Positions 54,308 to 64,000 of a DNA stretch of 64,000 nucleotides are shown one piece after another (the stretch's first letter is position 1; every line of letters begins with the position of its first letter). Source of the DNA: an uncultured Phycisphaerales bacterium (GTDB lineage Bacteria; Planctomycetota; Phycisphaerae; Tepidisphaerales; Tepidisphaeraceae); the NCBI GenBank assembly GCA_963844715.1, contig CAWJPJ010000008.1:768001-832000 (forward strand), written 5' to 3'. Made by a program: the position numbers and the translations under genes. The notes beneath the pieces are model-generated. The model saw nothing but the letters and a program-made list of their open reading frames with translations. It made no database searches and was not told where the DNA came from.

Positions 54308-57300
54308 ATGCCCGAAGCGGCCAATCCCAAACATCGTCCCGTCGTTCCGCCGCCAACATCGGCGCACGGCACATCGTCCTATCCTTACGCGGAATTGGAC
54401 GTCACAACAAACTTTTCATTCCTGCGCGGCGCGTCGCATCCCGATGAATTGGTCTATCGCGCCGCCGAGCTTGGATATACCGCCATTGCCGTCACAGATA
54501 TAAACAGCGTTGCCGGCGTCGTCCGCGCCCACCAGGCCGCGAAGGATGCCAGGATCAAACTTTGTGTCGGAGCGCGCCTGCGCTTCGTCGATGCGCCCGA
54601 TGTTCTGGTGTGGGTTGAGAATCGCGCAGGCTACGCCAGCCTGTGCCGTCTGCTGACTACGGGCAAACGCAGGACTGAAAAAGGTTCCTGCATTCTTCGT
54701 CTTCAAGATTTGCTTTCGGTCCCAAAGGGCCTTTTAGCGGCGCTGGTGTGCCGGTCCATCGATCCACAAGTCGGCGAACCCGATCCAGCCGCGATCGACA
54801 CCGCAGCAGGAGCGTTGCGGGATGCCTTCGGTCGAGGATTGTCTATCGCGGCGTCGCGCGTCTTGGACCCTTGGACCGAATGATGCTGCGCCACGTCGAA
54901 TCCGTCAGCCGTACTTACGGCGTTCCGCTTCTGGCCACCAATCAGGTCCACTATCACGATGAGCATCGACAAACGCTCCAGGATGTGCTCACTTGCGTTC
55001 GCCACGGCTGTACGATTCAGGACGCGGGATTCCGTCTCTTTCCGAACGGCGAGCGATTCATCAAGCCGCCGGAAGACATGCACCGCTTGTTCAGCGACCT
55101 TCCGGCCGCGCTGCGAAGGACGGTCGAGATCGCGGAACGCTGCACTTTTCGCTCGATGAGCTGCGCTACGAATACCCGGATGAGATCGTGCCGGCAGGCA
55201 AAACGCCGGCATCCTATCTGGCGGAACTGTCCTGGGCCGGCGCCGCCGGTCGCTATCCGCAGGGCATTCCTGAAAAGGTCCGCCAGCAGATCGGTTATGA
55301 GTTGACGCTGATCGCGGAACTCAAGATCGAGCCGTATTTCCTGACGGTTTACGATCTTGTCCGCTTCGCCCGCTCGCGCGGGATTCTCTGTCAGGGCGCG
55401 GCTCCGCCGCGAATTCCGCCGTCTGCTATTGCCTGGGAGTCACGTCCGTTGATCCCAATCGGATTGACGTGCTCTTTGAGCGATTCGTCAGCGCCGCCCG
55501 CGACGAACCGCCTGACATCGATGTTGATTTCGAGCACGAGCGCCGCGAAGAAGTGATCCAATATCTTTATGACAAATACGGCCGCGAGCGCGCGGGCATG
55601 ACAGCGGAAGTCATCAGCTATCGCGGTCGATCCGCCGTAAGGGACGTAGGTAAGGCAATGGGATTGGGCCTTGACGCGGTGGATGCACTGGCCAAACGCC
55701 TTGAGGGCTGGTCCAGCGGCGCACCGCTGGATGAACAGGTTCGAGAAGCGGGATTGGACCCCACCGACCGCACCGTGCGGATGGTCGTCGCGCTGACGCG
55801 CGAACTGCTCGGATTTCCGAGGCATTTATCGCAGCACGTTGGCGGAATGGTTATGACACGCGGGCCGTTGTGCGAGTTGGTTCCCATCGAAAACGCCAGC
55901 ATGGCGGATCGCACAGTGATCGAGTGGGACAAGGACGACATCGACGCCATCGGCATTCTCAAAGTGGACGTGCTGGCGCTAGGAATGCTTACGGCGCTGG
56001 CCAAGGGGATGAAGCTCATTAACGACACGCATCCGACGCAGCCGCCGATCGAGCTTCACACGATTCCGCCCGAAGACCCCGGCGTGTACGTGATGGTCAG
56101 CGACGCCGACACCATCGGTGTCTTTCAGATCGAATCGCGGGCGCAGATGTCGATGTTGCCGCGACTGCGCCCTAACAAGTTTTATGACTTGGTGATTGAG
56201 GTCGCGATTGTGCGGCCCGGTCCAATCCAGGGCGATATGGTGCATCCCTATCTGCGCCGCCGCGACGGGATTGAGCCGGTGAGTTTTCCCAAGCCCGAAT
56301 TGGAGGCGGTGCTTGGCAAGACGCTCGGTGTTCCATTATTTCAGGAACAAGCGATGAAGATGGCGATGGTCGCGGCGGGATTCACCGCCGGAGAAGCCGA
56401 CCAGTTGCGCCGCGCGATGGCTGCATGGCGACACGCGGGGAGCATCGAAAAGTTCCAGCAAAAGATGATTGATGGAATGCTCGCCAACGGCTACGAACGA
56501 GAATTCGCCGAGCGCTGCTTCAACCAGATCAAGGGGTTTGGCGAATACGGCTTTCCCGAAAGCCACGCCGCTTCTTTCGCGCTGCTTGTCTATGCCAGCG
56601 CGTGGATCAAACGGTATTACCCGGCGGCCTTCTGCTGTGCGCTGCTCAACAGCCAGCCGATGGGATTTTATGCGCAGCACAGATCGTGCGAGACGCGCGA
56701 GAACATGGCGTGGAAGTGCGAGCGATCGAGGTGAATCGGAGCGATTGGGATTGCACTTTGGAGAGTGCCGTCGATTCGCCGGCGTCTGTGCCCACGGCGG
56801 ACAAGCGGACTTGGGGAATCGGTGGTCCCGCCATGCGGCTTGGCTTCCGCTTGATAAAGGGACTACAAGCCGCCCACGCGCAGCAAATTGTCGAGTGCCG
56901 AGGTCAGCACGGCCCGTTCCGCTCAATCGACGATTTCCATGCGGCGACGGAGCTTCCGGTTTCCGCCGTTGCAAAACTATCTGAGGCCGACGCCTTCGCG
57001 TCCCTACCCAGATCGCGCCGGGTCGCATTGTGGGAAACGCTGGCGCTGCCAGAGGAGCGAGGTCCACTGGCCATGCCGCCAGCGCGAAAGTGCCGCGCCC
57101 GCACTTTCGCCGATGACCGTGGGCCAGGAGATTCATGCCGACTACGGAACGACCGGCCTATCGCTCAAAGGACATCCGGTTCAGCTCATCCGAACGGAAT
57201 TGACCCGCCGCAATGTGATTCCCGCCGCCGAGGTGTGGAATCGCCCGCATGGAAGGTGGGTGAGCGTGGCCGGCGTCGTCATTATTCGCCAGCGCCCCGG

Positions 57301-57535
57301 CACCGCCAAAGGAATCGTGTTTGAAACGCTGGAGGATGAGACAGGCATCGTGAATTTGATTATCCGGCCCGACGTTTACGACCGTTGCCGGAATGCCGCG
57401 AGGAGTGCTTCCGTGCTTCAAGCCGATGGTTATGTCGAACGCCAGGGCCAGGTGCAGCACGTCATGGCCGTGCGATTGCATGACCTTACCGAGTTGGTTT
57501 CCAACTGCTCCTTGCGCTCGCGTGATTTTCATTAG
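54308..57535 (+). CDS. dnaE2: Error-prone DNA polymerase DnaE2/ImuC (about 5 frameshifts)
   Basis: [64 protein letters not shown] and SRDFH C-terminus. Confidence 0.93.
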
Positions 57536-57568
57536 CCGAGCGTCGTGGCATGGTCGCACCTCGACCGA

Positions 57569-58340
57569 CTGCGATGTTGACCGCTACATCCTGCTGGCCG
57601 CTGCTGCAAAACGTCGATCCATTGGCCAGCCAGTCGGCGAACCGCCAACCCTCAGCAATCCGCCGACCGCGCGAGCTTCCGTGCCAGCCTTTGCGTGATA
57701 TCGCGCGGATTCCAGCACATGACGTAGAGCGACCGCCCTCGATTCGTTCACCCAGGCGGCAAGCCGCCGATTCGCCCCCGCGCCGGGCATGAGTGGATTC
57801 CCGCCTTTCGCCAAAACTCCGCCGGTTCTCCGCTGCGCTCTGGTCGCTCCTATGCGACGCTCACGCCACGCCGATCGCTCGATTGCATCGCCGCTGCGCG
57901 GACCGCGATCCGCGTGTCATTCACTGTCGCTTTGGCCTTTGGCCCGTCGCTTCCGGCGCTCCACTGCGCCCCGGCGGCCAGCTCCTTCAAGGGTTCGTTT
58001 GTCCGTCAATCGCCTTGCGAACGGAACAACCAAACCCTTTTTAAGAGAGGAGCTTTTTATGGCGAAGCAGAAATCCACCAACAAGCCCGTCGAGGAAGTT
58101 CGGATCGGCAGCGTCAAAGCCGCCATCTGGAAGAACGAAACCGAAGGCGGGCCGCGTTTCAATGTCACGTTCCAGCGGATCTACCGCGATGACGAGAAAG
58201 GCTGGCGGAGCACCGACAGCTTCGGCCGCGACGACTTGCTGGTGCTGGCGAAAGTCGCCGACCAGGCCCACGGCCGGATCGTCGCACTCAGCCAGCAGCA
58301 GCGGCCGCAGGAAGCATCAAAGTAGCGGTCAACATCGCAG
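57569..58340. repeat. Perfect 19-bp inverted repeat pair enclosing a 772-bp segment
   Basis: ctgcgatgttgaccgctac (57569-57587) and gtagcggtcaacatcgcag (58322-58340). Confidence 0.85.
58059..58325 (+). CDS. Small conserved protein, possibly PC4/whirly-like ssDNA-binding
   Basis: Strong RBS; KPVEEVRIGSVKAAIWKN..FNVTFQRIYRD..W.STDSFGRDDLL beta-strand run followed by a helix. Confidence 0.65.
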   Translation: MAKQKSTNKPVEEVRIGSVKAAIWKNETEGGPRFNVTFQRIYRDDEKGWRSTDSFGRDDLLVLAKVADQAHGRIVALSQQQRPQEASK

Positions 58341-58376
58341 GTCCGGTCGGGCATCCGTTCCCCGACCGGACCTTTC
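58339..58376 (+). terminator. Hairpin terminator
   Basis: aggtccggtcggg...cccgaccggacct-tt. Confidence 0.65.
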
Positions 58377-58519
58377 CAAATCTCGGAAGACATCTCACGA
58401 CAAAAACGCGACATGGGACGTTGGCAAACCGACATCCAATCGGTCTGCGTAATGGGTGGGAAGTCTCCCTTTGTGAAGGTCAATTCCACTGTGTGGTCGC
58501 GCAACGCACCCGACTAGCT

Positions 58520-59200
58520 TCACTTTGGCGCTTGCTCTGGAGCATCAACCAGAATTTTTGCTGCTGCGGCCATGCCCAGCGAGACTACCTCACGGCGAGG
58601 AATCCGAATCTTAACCGCCTCCGCCGCCGAGTCTCGCTTGCCGACGGTAACAATTGAGCCAGGTTTCAGACCGCTTCGCTCGATAAATCGTAAGAATTCC
58701 GGCTCTTGATCCACCACTCTAACGATTTGTTGAGCAATGCCCACGGGGCAGTCGGCGAGGCTCATCAACTGGCGTTCGTGCAGATGCCCCTTGGGAGTCG
58801 GGATCGGGTCGCCGTGCGGATCGGCCGTCGGATGCCCCAGCAAAGCATCCATCCGCTCCAGCACTGCGGTCGGATATTGCGTGTTCCAGGCTGTCGGCCT
58901 CGTCATGCACGGCCGACCAATCCAAGCCCAGCATATTGACCAGAAACAACTCCACGAGCCGATGCCGCCGCAGGACGTGCAGGGCCAATTGTTCGCCGCG
59001 GCGGGTCAGTTTCACTCCGCCTCTCGGCTCGTAATCGACCAGTCCTGAATCCGACAAGGCCTTGACCATGGAGGTGGCGGTCCCCGGCACGACCCCCATG
59101 CGGCCGCCAGACGGCCCATCGACACCAACGTTCCCCCTTCGGCGGCGCGCTGCTCCAAATAAAGTTGCTTCAAGTAGTTCTCAACCGTGCTTGTCGCCAT
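58520..59200 (-). CDS. mntR: DtxR/MntR-family metalloregulator with FeoA domain (2 frameshifts)
   Basis: TVENYLK, LRRHRLVELFL, HDEADSLEH and DPHGDPIP. Confidence 0.9.
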
Positions 59201-59277
59201 GAGCGCCGTCCTTTTGCAACGTAAAAGATTATCTGCCGATCAACCGATTGACAAATGATATGGTATTCGATATTTTT

Positions 59278-59295
59278 ATTTTGAGTAATCAAAAT
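59278..59295. promoter_or_regulatory. Palindromic operator, putative MntR box
   Basis: attttga-gtaa-tcaaaat downstream of TTGACA, between divergent mntR and mntH. Confidence 0.55.
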
Positions 59296-59330
59296 TCGGT
59301 GATGGAGCGACCGAATAGGATTGAAGGCAT

Positions 59331-60760
59331 ATGATGCAAAGCCGAAAGACTGGACCACTGAATTATGAGACGATTCCGCCAGCAGTTAGCCACGCTGGGC
59401 ATGTTTCGCTGGAAGGAATGCACGGCACGGTGGCGGTTCCCCACCACGAGGCCGCCTTCTGGAAGCAATGGCGCGCCTATGTCGGGCCGGCGCTGCTGAT
59501 CAGCATCGGTTACATGGACCCCGGCAACTGGGGCACCGATCTTTCCGGCGGCGCTTCGTTCAAATACGACCTGCTCTGGGTGGTCGCCGTCGCCAGCCTG
59601 ATGGCCATCTTTCTTCAAGTCATCTCCGCCCGGCTCGGGGTGGTCACCGGCAAGGATCTGGCCCAGTGCTGCCGCGACTGGTATCCCAAGTGGACGCGCT
59701 GGCCCAACTGGCTGCTCTGCGAACTGGCGATCGGGGCCTGCGATCTGGCCGAAGTGCTCGGCAGCGCCGTCGCGATCAACCTGCTCACCCACAACCACAT
59801 TCCCATTTTCTGGGCGGTCATCATCACCGCCGGCGACGTGCTGCTGCTGCTGGCCCTGCAACGATACGGCATGCGGAAAATCGAGGCGGTGGTGCTGGTG
59901 CTGATCTCGACGATCGCCCTCTGCTACTTCATCGAGATTTTCGTCATCCCGCAGACCAAGCCAAGCTTTCTGGAGATGGGGCATGCCCTCTTCACTCCGG
60001 GTTTCCGGCACGCGGGGATGCTGTACGTGGCGATCGGGATCATCGGCGCGACGGTGATGCCGCACAATCTCTATCTGCATTCGGCATTGGTGCAGAGCCG
60101 CAAGCTTCAGAAGGACGAGCGCGCGATCCGCACGGCCATCCGGTTCAACACGATCGACTCGGCCGTGGCGCTTGTCCTCGCGTTCTTCGTGAACGCGGCC
60201 ATTCTGGTGCTGGCGGCCATGGTGTTCTACGGAAAGACCAGCGTCACCGTGGCCGGCGGGCAGTCGTCCCATTCAACGACGATACCGACTGGATTCGGGT
60301 CGCGTACTTGACCCTCGCGCCGCTGCTGGGCGTTGCCGCCGCCAGCCCGCTGTTCGCGATCGCGCTGCTGGCCAGCGGCCAGGCCAGCACCATCACCGGC
60401 ACGCTGGCCGGCCAGGTGGTGATGGAAGGCTTCATGCACTGGAGGCTCTCGCCCTGGGTCCGCCGAATCATCACCCGGCTGCTGGCCATTATCCCCGCGG
60501 TCCTGATCATCGGCATCCGCGGCAATGGCAGCGTCAACGACCTGTTGAACCTGAGCCAGGTGGTGCTGGCCCTGCAATTGCCCCTGGCGATGTTCCCGCT
60601 GCTCCATTTCACCAGTTCCCGCAAGCGGATGGGCAAGTGGAAGAGCGGCTGGTTCCTGCTGATCGCCGGCTGGGGCAGCGCGATCCTGATCACCGCACTG
60701 GACATCTACGGCTTGCCGGATGCGTTCAAACAGGCTTGGCAGGTCATCGTCGGAGGATAA
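59331..60760 (+). CDS. mntH: Nramp divalent metal transporter (frameshift near 60265)
   Basis: YMDPGNW, GATVMPHNLYLHS and TGTLAGQVVMEGF. Confidence 0.93.
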
Positions 60761-60805
60761 ACGCGCAAGGCATCGACCTGCGGATCATAGACGGCAAGGA
60801 ATATC

Positions 60806-61218
60806 ATGTATCAAACCATTTTAATAACGCTCGATGCCACGCCAACGGATCGCGCGATCATCAAGCATATCAAGGCACTGGCGGCGATCATGAAGAGCCG
60901 CATCGTGCTGCTTCATGTGGCCGACGGCTGGGCGGCGCACCTTGGACCGGATGCGGTCAGTCCGGAGATCACCGAAGACAAGGCCTATCTGGAGCAGGTC
61001 CGAGAGGAATTTGAATCGGCCGGCATTCCGGCGGATGCCTTTCTCGCCTACGGCGAGCCAGTGAAGGAGATCGTCCGCTGGGTCCATGAGAAACACTGTG
61101 ATCTGGTCGCGATGAGCACCCACGGACATCGCTTCCTGGCCGATTTTTTTTGGGCGCAACGGCCAGCCGTGTGCAGCACAGCATCGACGTCCCCGTACTT
61201 TTAATCCGAGCTAGATAG
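60806..61218 (+). CDS. Universal stress protein (frameshift near 61150)
   Basis: ILITLD, LLHVAD, GEPVKEI, DLVAMSTHGH and VPVLLIR. Confidence 0.88.
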
Positions 61219-61227
61219 GAACCCATC

Positions 61228-62187
61228 ATGCCCAGTTTTGGGAGCGCTAGGAGCCAATCCGCGTTATTGACGTCGGTAACAATCGCGATCTTGCTCATTG
61301 CATGCAGTCGCGCGGCGCTCGCCGACGATTCAACTCCAACAACCACGGCGACGACCGAGCCATCGAATACGGCGTCAACGGAGTCTAACAAGTGGCAACA
61401 CACTCTGTTCAATCCGACACCAACCGATCAGCTTCGCGGAATGGACACCGATCGACCCAACGTGACCAACACTCCGCACACCATCGACGCTGGGCATTTG
61501 CAGATCGAGACTGGAGTAATTGATTACTCCTATTTCCGCGATCATTCTTCTGGAAATAACGTTCGCGAAGATGATCTCGACTTCGGACAATTCAACTTCC
61601 GGCTCGGCGTGTTGAACAATCTGGAAATCAATGCGGTCGTCGATAGCTATGACCATGTGCAACTCCATGACTACGGTGCCGGTAATTCACTTCATGCCGG
61701 CAGCTTTGGCGATACGGTACTCGGCGGAAAGCTGAATCTCTGGGGGGATGAGAGCGGTGACAACGTGTGGGAAACGGCGATGGCGATTCAGCCCCAGTTC
61801 AAGATTCCCACGGCCCGAAGTGATATTGGGAATGGTCGCTTTGAATTCTCCGTTGCTGCTCCTTTCTTAATGAATTTGCCCGCCGGGTTTCATTTGGGGC
61901 TTCAGCCTGGTGTTTCTTACGAGCGTAACTCTGATAACACCGGATATGTGACCGGATTCCCAACGTCAATTTCGCTCGACCGCGTTGTGATCGGCAAACT
62001 TGATGTCTATCTCGAATACGCGTGCGACCCAACGACGGAAAGGCACGTTAAAACCGAGCAGACCGTCGATGTGGGTGGCACCTATCCGCTCACCGACAAC
62101 ATCGTGCTCGACGCAGGAGTCAACTTTGGACTCAATAGAGCTTCAAACAATATTGAGGTATTGGCCGGAATCAGCTTTCGCTTTTAG
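61228..62187 (+). CDS. Putative outer-membrane beta-barrel (MetA-pathway/transporter-like)
   Basis: Signal peptide, TDRP, GHLQIETG and C-terminal ISFRF. Confidence 0.75.
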   Translation: MPSFGSARSQSALLTSVTIAILLIACSRAALADDSTPTTTATTEPSNTASTESNKWQHTLFNPTPTDQLRGMDTDRPNVTNTPHTIDAGHLQIETGVIDYSYFRDHSSGNNVREDDLDFGQFNFRLGVLNNLEINAVVDSYDHVQLHDYGAGNSLHAGSFGDTVLGGKLNLWGDESGDNVWETAMAIQPQFKIPTARSDIGNGRFEFSVAAPFLMNLPAGFHLGLQPGVSYERNSDNTGYVTGFPTSISLDRVVIGKLDVYLEYACDPTTERHVKTEQTVDVGGTYPLTDNIVLDAGVNFGLNRASNNIEVLAGISFRF

Positions 62188-62358
62188 CAGAGGATTTGTC
62201 CGAGGCTTAGCGCCGTGTTTTCCGGAAAACTCTCTGCCGGCGATCGGGTGATCTTTAGCGTGACCAGGCACGGCACGCACCAACCGGGAGATTCTTCTTC
62301 CCGGCGACGTCAACTAAGAAGGTGGTCGCAAGATCTGGAATGCTATCATCACTGAGCA

Positions 62359-62636
62359 ATGTGCGCTCGCTACCGTCTGTAACTTTCGCTCGACACATCG
62401 CGGAGCTGCTCGGTCTCAGTGTGACCGATCTATTCGAGGAGTTTTCGGAGCGGCCACGGCTGAACATCACGATCTCGCAGCCAGTGCCCATTGTGACGCT
62501 CGATGACAGCAGGCGAAACTTTGCCGTGGCCGAATGGGGATTTCTTGCGCCCTGGGACAAGTCAAAACGAGTTTTCAACGCCGCGGGCGAAACCGTTGCC
62601 GTCAACCCGACGTTTCGCGAATCCTTCAAAGATTAA
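62359..62636 (+). pseudogene. SRAP (SOS response-associated peptidase) fragment
   Basis: MCARY start, then frameshift; RPRLNI, WGFLAPW and FNAAGET..FRESFK; truncated. Confidence 0.7.
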
Positions 62637-63195
62637 CTCGCTCGGCCGCCGCTTCCTGATCCGTGACAAATGAAGCTCTTGCCGGGTCACGCGCTCGTCT
62701 TTCTCGCAGCATATAGCTCCACCAAACTCCGAAGCGAATGAGTGGGACTCCTTTCCAAATTCCATTCAATGCGAATGCAGAGAAGAGGACCTCCGGGGCC
62801 GGTCCTCTCCTGATACCGTTCCCGACGTTATCCATGATGCTGCGCAGCGGCCCTACGGACGCCAGGGCGCAGCAGCATTGTGGATAACTCGGCGGAAAAA
62901 GCTGGATCAATTGTGCACAAACTGTCGCGTGCGCCAGATGCCGACAGTGTGCCCATTACGGTAACGGCGGCCGAGCATATCGCGCCGCTGTCGGCTGGGT
63001 TGCGGTTACGGTCCGTCCTCTCTATGCGCGAGACGTTCTTGCGGAGATCACCGGGCCGCGACACGGCGCCTGTTCAGAAGTCTGAGAGAACATCGTCCCA
63101 GCGGAAGCTTCACTTCCGCACCGAGGACTCCGTATCAGGTCGATTGGCAACAGGCTGCTGGCCGCAAGCGCTCCCGCTCGCCAGGAGATTGTCTT

Positions 63196-64000
63196 ATGGA
63201 ATCCTCTGAACTTCCTTTTTCGGAACTGCTTCACTTTGGCGGCTTCGATTACGCAGGTCAGAAGCATTATGTCGTCGTTGTTGATCGGGCAGGCTCGAAA
63301 GTGCTGAGCATGGAGTTCGATAACACCGCCGACGGTTGGCGCAGATTCCTGGACGCGATCAAGCCCTTTCCGAAGATCGCCTTCACGATCGAGACCAGTT
63401 GCGGCGCAGACGTCGAGCGCCTGCTGGACGCCGGTCTGCCGGTCTATCCGATTAATCCCAAATCCGCGCAGCGCTACCGGGACCGCAAGTCAGTGGCCGG
63501 CTGCAAGAGTGATGAGCTGGACGCTTTCTGCATGGCCGACGCGCTGCGCACGGACGGCGCGGCCTGGAGGCGGTTGTTGCCAATGGACCCGACAACACAC
63601 GAACTGCGTGTGCTGTGCCGGGATGAGATTCACCTTATCGAGCTGCGCACTTCCTTGATCAATCAGCTTCGTGCTACTCTCCATCAATATTATCCAGTGG
63701 CATTGGAGGCCTTCACGGATTGGGTGTCGCCAAGCGCATGGGATTTTGTCATCACGTTCCCGACTCCCGCGGAGTTGGTCAGCGCGGGGAAACGAAAATG
63801 GCAGAAGTTTCTATTCGCGCATCACATGACCAGCCAGGAAAAACTCGATGAGCGAACGGCACTGTTCGCCAAGGCCAATGAGTTCACCAATCCGGTTGCA
63901 GCGGTAATCTCAGGCAAAAGCCTGCTGGCGACGACGCTGGCAAAACAACTGCGCGTTGGAGGCGCAGCTTTGCGTATACCGGTCCCGCATCACGGCACTG
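63196..64000 (+). CDS. IS110-family transposase/recombinase (runs off window)
   Basis: AGGAG RBS; GGFD, TIET, VYPINP and KSDELDA (DEDD RuvC-like), then RTSLINQLR. Not in the ORF track because it has no stop codon. Confidence 0.88.
   Translation, partial: MESSELPFSELLHFGGFDYAGQKHYVVVVDRAGSKVLSMEFDNTADGWRRFLDAIKPFPKIAFTIETSCGADVERLLDAGLPVYPINPKSAQRYRDRKSVAGCKSDELDAFCMADALRTDGAAWRRLLPMDPTTHELRVLCRDEIHLIELRTSLINQLRATLHQYYPVALEAFTDWVSPSAWDFVITFPTPAELVSAGKRKWQKFLFAHHMTSQEKLDERTALFAKANEFTNPVAAVISGKSLLATTLAKQLRVGGAALRIPVPHHGT

Larger units (their letters stand above)
36499..64000. mobile_element. tRNA-fMet-integrated genomic island (right end not seen)
   Basis: Integrase immediately 3' of the tRNA, xis-like gene, DUF2840-traF, defence and mutagenesis cargo, and loss of the host strand/codon skew. 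Membership of the region beyond about 58.4 kb is uncertain. Confidence 0.75.

Noticed and set aside
54308..57535. Programmed frameshifting or split dnaE2
   Set aside because: There are multiple indels without consistent slippery sites, the same pattern as across the rest of the window.
36499..64000. attR copy of the tRNA 3' end
   Set aside because: No duplicate of ttcgaatcctccccccgct was found by eye, so the island's right boundary is unassigned.

Overview
High-GC bacterial DNA, most likely Planctomycetota (Phycisphaerae/Tepidisphaera-like), inferred from a LEPR-XLL-type surface protein, an H-X9-DG-type prepilin protein and PEP-CTERM proteins. About 1-36.3 kb is chromosomal backbone: metabolic and transport genes, a HicBA toxin-antitoxin pair, a cluster of secreted nucleases and surface proteins, an intact IS630, a general-stress gene cluster and an RND pump. 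At 36425 an initiator tRNA-Met is followed by a tyrosine integrase and a genomic island with no right att site visible in the window. The island carries a short prokaryotic Argonaute system (DUF4365/PD-(D/E)xK-APAZ effector plus catalytically inactive pAgo, SPARDA-like) between the integrase and an excisionase-like gene. It also carries two CI/LexA-like repressors, DUF2840-traF, a Res-Mod-(RelE-like/UvrD) operon, imuA-imuB-dnaE2, a small gene bracketed by a perfect 19-bp inverted repeat, an MntR/MntH module, an SRAP remnant and an IS110. A GTT(C/A)-N7-GTT(C/A) box lies upstream of int, xis, the repressor/DUF2840 divergon and imuA, suggesting one damage-inducible regulon. Many genes carry single-base frameshifts, which probably reflect long-read assembly error. 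All family calls come from motif recognition by eye, not database searches.
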